DNA of 64,000 nucleotides from the NCBI RefSeq assembly GCF_006345805.1, contig NC_043024.1:10478001-10542000 (forward strand), in the 5' to 3' direction. Shown here in pieces: positions 11,990 through 22,345 of the stretch. Every line of letters starts with the position of its first letter. Within the stretch, counting starts at the first letter, position 1. This DNA comes from Octopus sinensis. Its lineage: Eukaryota. The position numbers and the translations under genes are program-made. Below the pieces are notes generated by a model, which saw nothing but the letters and a program-made list of their open reading frames with translations, did not search any database and was not told the origin of the DNA.

Positions 11990-12575
11990 ACACGTCCGTT
12001 TTCCATGCTAGCATGGGTTGGATGGTTCGACTGGGGTCTGGGAAGCCATGAAGGCTGCACCAGGCTCCAGTCTGATCTGGCAATGTTTCTACAGCTGGAT
12101 GCCCTTCCTAACGCCAACCACTCCGTGAGTGTAGTGGGTGCTTTTTATGTGCCACCGGCACAGAAGCCAGTCAAGGCGGCGCTGGCATTGACCACGTTCA
12201 GATGGTGCTTCTTACGTGCCACCGGTACAGAAGCCAGTGAAGGCGGCGCTGGCATCGGCCATGTTCAGATGGTGCTTTTTACGTGCCACCGGCACAGGTA
12301 TCACAACTACTATTTCCATTGATGTTTATTTCAATGTTCATGTACTTGACTCAATAGGTCTCCTCAAGCACAGTGGGTTGTTCTGGAATCCAAGGTACTT
12401 TGAATGGGCAGGGGCTATGCGGGACAGGTGCAGGGAGCGGCCCGGGTCTTTGCAGTCACAGCATATCTCCAGAGATCTCGGTCCTTCGTCATTGCCTCTG
12501 TGAGGCCCAACGCTCTGTGGTCATGCTTGACTACCTCATCCCATGTCTTCCTGGGTTTACCTCTCCCCCTGATAC
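11990..12575 (-). mobile_element. 5'-truncated RTE LINE: ORF C-terminus plus 3' UTR
   Basis: RGRGKPRKTWDEVVKHDHRALGLTEAMTKDRDLWRYAV is a typical RTE ORF end and runs directly into the repeat 3' end found throughout the window. Confidence 0.85.
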
Positions 12576-12714
12576 CTATAGAGAGAGAGAGAGAGAAAGA
12601 GAGAATGAGGTTAGACAAAAAAAGGCCTTCATAGAGAAACCTGTCCCTGTTTCCACAGCAGACGACAGACACACGGCATTACAAACACAGCCCACACACC
12701 CACCTTCACATTCC

Positions 12715-12945
12715 TATTTCTTTATTACCCACAAGGGGCTAAACACAGAGGGGACAAACAAGGACAGACATAGGTATTAAGTCGATTATATCGACCCCAG
12801 TGCGTAACTGGTACTTAATTTATCGACCCCGAAAGGATGAAAGGCAAAGTTGACCTCGGCGGAATTTGAACTCAGAACGTAACGACAGACGAAATACGGC
12901 TACGCATTTCACCCGGCGTGTTAACGTCTCTGCCAGCTCGCCGCC
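12715..12945 (-). mobile_element. Full-length SINE type B with target-site duplication
   Basis: (cc)ttcacattcc at 12703-12714 and 12944-12955. Confidence 0.9.
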
Positions 12946-13220
12946 TTCACATTCCATGACTACCATTGGGATCGATCAGGTACCGGTCAAGAATTCTGGA
13001 TTATTATTTCAGATTTTTTGACTTAATCTTTTAGAGCGGTTGGGTTAATTTTCAGTATTCTCGTTTGCAAGAGCAATCGAGTTTATTTCAGATATTCTCA
13101 TTTTTAAAAATCATCTCTGGCTAATTGGAAACTTTTGAGGGAAAAAAAGTTGGGAGTGAGCAGGCACAATTGTGTATGGATAACACACATACACACACAC
13201 ACACACACATATATACACAC

Positions 13221-13345
13221 ATGCGTATAAGAAAGAGATAATCACTATGTGGACATCCAATATGCTAGAAATAGATCACCTTCGTAAGTGATCTATTTCT
13301 AGTATATTGGATGTCCACTTAGTAGTCATTCCTTATTATACGCAT
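13221..13345. repeat. Foldback palindrome, probably MITE-like
   Basis: 31-bp arms at 13249-13279 and 13288-13318 with 1 mismatch; looser outer arms atgcgtataa / ttatacgcat. Confidence 0.8.
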
Positions 13346-13465
13346 GTAATACAATTTTTCTGAATTTTCAGATTTTTCTATATGCTAGGCCACTGGTTTT
13401 AAATTGACGTTAATTAAATTGATATTCAATTTATCACCCTCATTATTTAAATTTTATATATATAT

Positions 13466-13631
13466 AGGCGCAGGAGTGGCTGTGTGGTAAGTAGCTTGTT
13501 TACCAACCACATGGTTCCAGGTTCAGTTCCACTGCGTGGCACCTTGGGCAAGTGTCTTCTACTATAGCCTCTGGCTGACCAAAGCTTTGTGAGTGGATTT
13601 GGTAGACGGAAACTGAAAGAAGCCTGTCGTA

Positions 13632-13678
<47 letters not shown>

Positions 13679-13907
13679 ATGTGTGTGTATATGTTTGTGT
13701 GTCTGTGTTTGTCCCCCCACCAACATCGCTTGACAACCGATGCTGGTGTGTTTACATCCCCGTCACTTAATGGTTTGGCAAAAGAGACCGATAGAATAAG
13801 TACTGGGCTTACAAAGAATAAGTCCCGGGGTTGATTTGCTCGACTAAAGGCGGTGCTCCAGCATGGCCGCAGTCAAATGACTGAAACAAGTAAAAGAGTA
13901 AAAGAGT
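13466..13907 (+). mobile_element. SINE type A, full-length
   Basis: Head through (gtaaaaga)n tail. Confidence 0.9.
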
Positions 13908-13919
13908 ATATATATTTGT

Positions 13920-15085
13920 ATATCCAGAAGGATGCCAAAAAGCAGATCAATCTGGAAAAGAAGGACTTGGAAGCTTAGAAACCCTTCACATGGTCAGAGA
14001 TTTAGGGATGTCTTTACTGAGAAATTTGATGATAGGGAGGAGGAGCTACAGTCCTGTGACATAGAAGGCAGCTGGGAATTCCTGCGAGACAGCTTGCTGA
14101 GTGCCACAGACCAAATGTGTGGCTGGTGCAAAGTCCATTACACATTTAGGGTAATATGGTGGTGGAACAATATTGTGGACAGGGCCATTAGAGCAAAGAA
14201 ACAGGGCTGGAATGCCTGGAAAAGTGGGGATAGCAGAAGAATGTATCAGGTAGCCAAAAGGGTAGCTAAGAGACAGGTATATATAGCAAAGGGAAAAGAA
14301 GAAATGAAGTTTGCCAATGTCCAGCAATGTGAGGACCAGAGAACTGAAGTATTTCGGATTGCTAGACAGTGTGTAAGAGAAAACCGCGATGGCATAGGAG
14401 AGAAATGTGTCCGCATGGATGATGGTACCCTTGTGTTTAATGATTTTGCAAAGAAAGAGGCTTGGAGAAGCCATTATGAAAGACTGCTGGATGTGGAGAA
14501 TGAATGGGAGGAAGAGAGTCTGCCAAAAGGACCAGCTATTCAAATTGACAGTACCCAGGTAGATAAAGCAATTAAGGATATGAAGACAGGAAAGCACCTG
14601 GCCCATCAGGAATCACAACTGGGATGCTTAAAATATCGGGCAGTGTGGGCTATGACCTTGTCACCTGTATCGTAAATCAGGGAGTTCATGAAGGAGTCAT
14701 ACCCAATGAATGGTGTAGCAGCAGCACCATAGTCAAATGCTACAAAAGTAAAGGTGATACTTTAGACAGAAATAACTACAGGGGTATCAAATTATTGGAT
14801 CAGGTGATGAAAGTTACAGAGAAGGTCATAGCCCAACTAATTAGGGAGAGAGTTAGCCTAGATGAGATAAAAGTGTTCATTGCCAGGCCCACCTTACTGA
14901 CTCCTGTGCTGGTGGCATGTAAAAGCACCCACTACACTCTCGGAGTGGTTGGCATTAGGAAGGGCATCTGGCTGTAGAAACACTGCCAGATCAGATTGGA
15001 GTCTTGTTCGCCAGACCTCAGTCAAACCATCCAACCCATGCCAGCATGGAAAGCGGATGTTAATCGATGATGATGATGATGGTGA
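13920..15085 (+). pseudogene. Degenerate, internally deleted RTE-clade LINE (linker and start of RT fused to 3' UTR)
   Basis: WEFLRDSLLSATDQMCGW, WWWNNIVDRAIRAKK, DKAIKDMKTGK (frameshift in the APG motif near 14595) and YKSKGDTLDRNNYRGIKLL; jumps to the 3' UTR at ~14890; (GAT)n tail. Confidence 0.9.
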
Positions 15086-15109
15086 TGATACATATATATA
15101 CATATATAT

Positions 15110-15148
<39 letters not shown>

Positions 15149-15211
15149 CACGCACATACATACATACATACATACATATATACTTTATTAATAAAGCTGC
15201 AAAGACATCAT

Positions 15212-15255
15212 AAAACTGTTACTCAGAGTTTCACGTTCCCGTTCGTCGGAGTTTT
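15212..15255 (-). ncRNA. Minimal type-I hammerhead-ribozyme-like motif (variant core)
   Basis: Minus strand reads aaaact-CCGACGA-acg ggaa cgt-GAAACTC T GAGT-A-acagtttt. Core CUGANGA has U4 to C; stem II is 3 bp; stem III is palindromic; cleavage triplet GUA; stem I is imperfect. Confidence 0.6.
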
Positions 15256-15591
15256 GGATGAGAATGGAACAAAATATGGCATGTATATGTATATATATAT
15301 AAGCCCAACGAATACTGCAGAATTCCTGACATAGATCCAGTGACAGTTATATGATAACCGTGGATGACACCAGGTAGCCTAAACCGTGTAAGTGCTTTGA
15401 TCGGCATACTATTTGACATATGCCTGAAGTCCAAATAATTACACACGCACACACATCAATTCGTTTTGCAAGATTCCTGATGTGAAATCGTGTGTTGAAA
15501 CAGGTATTGTTGTATTTTGGGACAGTCATATTTTTTTGCCAAATAAACACACACACTGTATATTTTTTACTTCACTCTCATTACTGTAATT

Positions 15592-16010
15592 GGATCTTTT
15601 CGGTTTGAACGGCAGTTTTTTCCAGCGGTGTCATATGAAATTGTCACCCATAATTATGACCCTAGTATCGATCTATTGCATTTCAATCTGTTTTAGGGTT
15701 AGGGTTAGGGGTAAGGGAAGGGTATCTTTTTTTCTTCAGAAATGTAAATAAACTCAATCTGTTTCTTAAACGAGGGACATATTCATACGGCACAGAATGT
15801 TTTTTTTACCTCGATAGACGTCAGTGATTGGTTGAAATTGCAGAAATTGAAGAAAAACAACAACAAATATCTTACAAACTATAGAATTTTCTCAATAAAG
15901 CCAAGAGAAAAAGATGTTTTATAAACACATTCTACCAGTATACGAAATTTAAAAGTGTTTAGTTACCTGGAAATTATGTTAAAAAACTGCCGGTCAAACC
16001 GAAAAGATCC
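15592..16010. mobile_element. MITE with ~29-bp TIRs and an internal TTAGGG tract
   Basis: ggatcttttcggtttgaacggcagttttt ... aaaaaactgccggtcaaaccgaaaagatcc (1 mismatch); ttagggttagggttaggg near 15693-15710. Confidence 0.85.
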
Positions 16011-16118
16011 CAGGTATTGTTGTATTTCGGGACGGTAATTTTTTTTGCCAAATAAACACACGCACTGTGTACTCTTTACTTCACTCTTATTGCTGTTCTT
16101 ATTGTAACTCATGTCGAT

Positions 16119-16163
16119 TGTCGGGAAATCTTTCGTCACACATCTGTGACCTCTTCAGCGACA
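16119..16163 (-). ncRNA. Second hammerhead-ribozyme-like motif
   Basis: Minus strand reads tgtcg-CTGAAGA-g-gtcaca gatg tgtgac-GAAA gattt C-c-cgaca. The core is intact, stem II is a perfect 6 bp and stem I is 5 bp, with two single-nt insertions. Confidence 0.55.
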
Positions 16164-17814
16164 CACACACACACATAGATATATATACAAATATATATAT
16201 ATAATAATACATACATATAAACATACGCACAATTATATATAGGTATTATATGTATACATATGTATGTATTTATCAAAGAAAAAAAAGGAAATTTAAAAAA
16301 AGGGAAAAGTTCTCCATGTATAATAGTTTTTCACACAGTCACGCTGTCACGTAGAGAGATGCATTCACACACACACACACACACAGCCGCACGCACACAC
16401 ACACACACAGCCGCACGCACATGCGAAAGAAAGCAATTATGTGGCGAAACACGAAGAGAAATAACGACCAAGTCTCCCTCAGATTTCGAAATTGTGTCTT
16501 GAAGAAGAACGCGTTTAATTATGTGGTCGGGAGTACCAGAGGCCGCGAAAAACACGGGATGGTCACGTTTGGAATGTCGTTGATCAAAAGACAGCGCAAT
16601 CAAAGCCGACTTGAAGGCCTAACGACACCAATAATTACACACACACACACTTAGATATATATACACGCATATATATATATAGCATGCTAACACTGAACAT
16701 CTAGTCTCTCTCTCTCTCTCTCTCTCCCCACACACATTTGCAGACAGTAGACACATACCAACGGAGAATTATACACACATGACAACAGACTCATACAGAG
16801 AGTAATATACGTAGACACACATGTACAGTTACACACACACACACACATATATAAAGAGAGAAAGAGAGAGAGAGAGAGACGGTGGTATGTGTCTATACTT
16901 CGTTTTACTATGTGTATATATAGACACATACCAGTCACACAAACGTTGACATCCATGCACACACACATATATATACATATATATATAGAGAGAGAGATTG
17001 ACAGTATACAACCATTCTATATATATATATATATACAAACGAACATACACACACACGCACACATGATACATACATATACTTATGTAAAGAAAAGCATGTA
17101 TATATACACAACGGTATGTCGAGCACAGATACAAGTAGACTGACATATATCTATACATACATGTACACACATAACGGTAGTCACATAGACACATACATAC
17201 ATATATACACAAGCACAATGTCACTCACACATACATATATATATACACACACACATTGGTTGTGTTATAAACACACATAAAACATACAAGACAACGACAG
17301 ATACACACACATAATTACGCACATGCAAGCACACAGCCAGATACACAAACGTACACACGTATACACATACACACATGTAAGGCAGTCACACAAACAGCTA
17401 TATGGACACACGGACACACACACATACATATATATATATTTATATATCAACACGCAACACAGATACATATAGACACGCATCGTTTTAGAGTGAAAAGCCA
17501 TATAATTAACCCTCCTCGTCTCTCCTCTGCCATCCTTCCTTCCTCTCATACATCCAGACGAGAGAAATATTCATGAATATGTAGATATATATATTATATA
17601 TACACACAGACATGTTGGTATATATATAATATATATATTAGCACATGCACGCATATAGTGCGCGCGAGTGCGTGCGTGAGTGAAGGAGTGAGTGTGAGCG
17701 AAGGGAATGTGGAAAGGGGAAGGTAGATGGAGTAAAGCGAGCGTTGAGAGCAGGCTGGCTGTAAGAATTGATATTATGTGAAGGTTGAAATATGGTTTCA
17801 AAACAGATATAGAC

Positions 17815-17931
17815 AGACAGACAGAGAGGGATGAATGTACTTAGATAGACAGATATATATATTATTGAGAACTAGTTAGCTAGACAGATAGATAGACAGG
17901 CTGAGAGATAGATAGATAAATAGATAGTTAA

Positions 17932-17967
<36 letters not shown>

Positions 17968-18040
17968 TTAGATAGATAGATAGATAGATAGATTGATAGA
18001 TAGATAGATAGACAGGCTGAGAGATAGATAGATAGATAGT

Positions 18041-18072
<32 letters not shown>

Positions 18073-18897
18073 CAGATAGATAAATAGATAGATAGATAGT
18101 TAGATAAATAGATATATAGATAGATAGATAAATAGATAAATAGATAGTTAGATAAATAGATATATAGTTAGATAGATAGATAGACAGGCAGAGAGATAGA
18201 TAGACATAGAGAGACAGACAAATAGAGATAGTGGTAGATAAAATATTTAGATAGGTAGATAGATAGACAGAAATAGACAGATATAGAGAAAGATATAGAT
18301 AGATGTATTGATAGATAGATATGACAAAAAGTGGTGGACGAGGTGCAGATATTATATAGAAAGGCTTACCAAGGGAGGTATACCTAGATAGATAGATAGA
18401 TAGAAAGAGGGAGAGAGAGATGAGGGAAAAGAGGAACAGTAGATAATATATAGGGGTTGAAGTAGAGAATTTAAACATAGGGGAAAGGTAGTTAGAGGGA
18501 ATTAGGAAAATGAAAAGGAGAATTAGAGAAGATAAAGTGTAGAGACAGAGGGTGAGTGTGACTCGGGGTTAGAAAGATGAGGAAAAGGAGGAGAAAGAAG
18601 CACGTGAACGAGAAAGGGTTATGAAGAGATAAGCGTAGATGTTGAGAAAGTAATGGCTGTAAAAATTAGGTAAACTGGGGGAGAATGTTAAAGAAAAGAA
18701 AAGGGGTGCTGAAGAGTGATATGGAGTATGAGGGGTGCTGAGAAAGAATGTAACAGAGAAGGGGACGAAATCCCTCAAGGATTAGAGGTGTACAGAATAG
18801 TTAGTTTTAGTGAGGGAGAAGTGTTGAGGGATAAAGTAGATGGATATAGAGGGGGTGATGAGATATGTATTGGGTATAGAGAGAGTGGACGGAGAGA

Positions 18898-18932
<35 letters not shown>

Positions 18933-20450
18933 GAGAGTGGTAGGTAGAGTAATAATTATAGAGAAAAATAGAGGAAAAAGGGGGGAATATAATAGACGGG
19001 GTGAAGGGAATCCGGGAAGCATAATATTAGATAGAAAGTGAAAATAAATAAGAGAAAAAGAGAGATAAAGAGAGAGAGAGAGAGAGAGAGAGACAGATAA
19101 ATAGAAAGAAAGAGAGATAGGTAGATAGATAGAGAGATAGATAGATAGATAGATGGAAAGAGAGATAGGTTGATAGATAGATAAATAAATAGATGGATAG
19201 ATAGATAATAGATAGATATAAGATAGATAGATAGATAGATAGATAGACAGATAGATAGATAGATAGATATGTAGATCTTAGATAGATAGATAGGTAGATA
19301 GATAGATAGTTAAATAGATAGATAGATAGATATAGATGGATAGATAGATAATAGATAGATATAAAGATAGATAGATAGATAGAGAGAGAAATAAAGATAA
19401 TCTGACAGAAAGGTTTTTAAAAAAACAGAGGATGCATGAAATGAAAATATTATGTTAGAAGAGGGAGAGTTTAAACAAAGAGGAAGACAGCAAGAGAGTG
19501 AGTCAGAGACATTGAAGCGGGTCGGAAAAAAAAGCGAACGAGAGAGAAAGAGAGAGAGGAGCGGTAGTTATGACATCTTAGAATAGAAGAGAGAGAGAGA
19601 GATGAGAGATGAGGAAGAGGAAATTAAAGAGATAGGAAGATAGTGTGAGTGAGGATTAGAGATAGCCATAAGGGAGATGAAAAGAGGAGGATAAGTAGAG
19701 ATAGATAGAGATAAAGGAAGGGAAATAGAGGATAAATATAGAGTGGGAATGAGTGATGGGATTAAAAGGAAGAGAGTAACAATGCCGGGGACGTGTTTTA
19801 TAGGAATGATACGTAGGGAGAGAGAGAGATTGATAGATTAATAGATAGACGGAGTGATGGATAGATAGATAGATGGATGAAGGCGAGGGAGGGTAAGAGG
19901 AAAATAAGAGAAATACATAAAGTGAGTGGGAGTGAGTGTTGTGTTTGAAGATACATAGAGAGGAGGTATGAGTTGGAGGAGGAGGAAGGAGGGGAGAAAG
20001 GGAGATGTGTAATAGAGAGAAGAAAAAGGGATAGAGAGAGATTGTGAAAGAGGAAGAGGAGAAGGGGAGACATGTATTTAGAGAGAAAGCGATAGAGAGA
20101 CAGAGAGAGAGAGAGAGAGAGTGATAAAAGAGTAAAGGGGGAAAGGGAGAAGCGGAGGCAGATATTAGATAGAGAGAAAGCGATAAAGAGAGAGAGAGAG
20201 AGAAAGATAAATATAAATATAAAAGAGAGATAGTGAAAGAAGAAAGGGGAAAAAACGGATATTAGATAGAGAGAAAGATATAGAAAGAGAAAGGGGGGAG
20301 AAGTGGATATAAGTAGAAACATATATTAGAGAGAGAGAGAGAGAGAGAGAAAGAAGTAGAGGGAGATAGGGAGACGGCGAAGAGGGAGACGGCGAAGAGG
20401 GAGAGAGAGACAGAGAGAGAAAGTAATATAAAAGAGAGAGAGGGAGAGAG
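17815..20450. repeat. (GATA)n and (GA)n-rich low-complexity region
   Basis: Direct inspection; pure GATA arrays at ~17870-18180 and ~19100-19390. Confidence 0.95.
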
Positions 20451-21104
20451 CGGCTTTGACATACACTCATACTCAGCTCGAGTGAGTAAGCGGATGAGTG
20501 GAGGAGTGTAAGTTCAAGTGAGAATCAGGCCTGGGTGACATTTGAGGCAGTCGCTAGCTTTCTGTTCACATCTGACACAAAAAAAAGAAAGAAAAATTCA
20601 TATTCTTTTCACAGGGTTTTTTTTTTGGATGACCAGCGGATATTAACTTTGAGATCAGTTTTTTTCCCCTTAATTTTTGCCCCCCTAATAATAATTATAT
20701 ATATATCCAGATAAAGATATCAATTATAGACCATCATTTAATTTCTTTCTCTCTCACAGGTAAGACAATTTCTTTCTTTTACAAAAAACTACTAAAAATT
20801 ATAATTATATATAAAAAATATATATATATCCTTATATATGTGTTAATGAAATATTTAAGAAGCTAATTAATTAATTTTCCATTAATTTAAAACTGTATAT
20901 ATACTTCTTAAACACAAATATTTGCATATATATAATGTTAATTGGTTTTTGCAAGCACTTGCTGTTTTCACTAATTGCTTTTTAATATGAATTTCTATGT
21001 ATGAAGATGTCCCCATATTTTCTATTTTTTCAGCTTCTTTTGTGTTCAACCCCTCCCCTAATGCTTCTACTGCTATATTATAGAGTGTGTGTGTATATTT
21101 TTAT

Positions 21105-21151
<47 letters not shown>

Positions 21152-22219
21152 ATTCTGTGAATCTATGTGCGTGTTTGTATATGTAAATGCATATATGAAC
21201 ATATAAACGCATGTCTCTGCATATTTGTGTATACATATGTGTGTATATGCATGTATGTATATGCGTGTATTTAAAGCATATATCTATGTAACTGTATATA
21301 ATGCGTGTATGTGTGTGTATATTGAATATAGTATTTTATTTTTCTCGGCTCTTTTTCATTTTCATGGATTTCTCTGGATAAAACAAAATAATTAAATGCA
21401 ATTATTTATTCTCTGAGCGGATAAAAATGTATAGTTATGCATGTCGTCTAATCTCTCTTTTCTGCTGTTTCTATGTGTGTGTATATAAGTATATACAAGT
21501 GTATATATATGCACATGATACATATATGATGTATATACACTAAGATGTAGATGAAATGAACGGAAGGGAAGGATGTCTTGTATCTTGTTATATATACCCC
21601 CTTGTTTTAAGAACATGACCAGAGAAAATATATCTTTGTCAGCTTTGAATAGTGTATACATGTATGTATATGCTGGAGTATATATGTGTATAGGATTGTA
21701 TATATATGTCCTGTAAGCCTGGGGTGTGCATTACTGCTAAAACTATACCGGGGCCCTGAATTTTCAGGATGTAGCGTGTGTGTATGTATGTATGTATGTA
21801 TGTATATATATATATATGTACATGTATGTTTGTACAGGGTGTGTATATGTAGGGTGTATAACATTATGTACAGGGCGTGTATGCTGTATATACATGCTGC
21901 ATGCAGTAAGTATATTAGGGAGCGAAACCTGATATCTAAAACATTATTGTGTTAACAGAAAAAGAACTGGTTTCGAAGGAATTCTTCAAGACCCCACCCT
22001 AGAAGGGACAAATTCCAAGTACGGGAGGAATTTCAATATGTCTGTCATCAGTGCCCCCCCCCCACACCTTCCACTCTACTAATACTCCTTTTTTTTATTC
22101 CATTCATTGTTATAATTACTTTGAAAAGAAATAAAAGAATTCTCCGCAATTCTGGGAGAGATGACATTTTTTTTAAAAAGTAATAATAATTGATATCGGT
22201 TCATGTTTTGTGATTCATT

Positions 22220-22345
22220 TCGTTGCTACTCCGAGTTACTCGCTGTGTATGGTTCTCTTGGTGATGACAAAAGGAAGAAAAAGAAAAAAAAATGACATTT
22301 GTCGCCTGAAGAACCACGACATAGCGAAACTCCGAGTTGCAAGCT
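22220..22345. repeat. Degenerate inverted duplication containing a hammerhead-like core
   Basis: Plus strand CTGAAGA(22306-22312)...GAAACTCCGAGT(22326-22337); a mirror copy lies on the minus strand at ~22223-22270. Confidence 0.45.

Noticed and set aside
12690-12975. ECE-GGCVGC reading as the missing ZBBX B-box exon
   Set aside because: Cys spacing does not fit, the site is interrupted by a SINE, and there is an in-frame stop upstream. No B-box exon was identified in the window.
16421-16654. CpG-containing 77-aa ORF
   Set aside because: Appears to be a decayed copy of a dispersed repeat (gggatggtca... motif also near 26320 and 34745).
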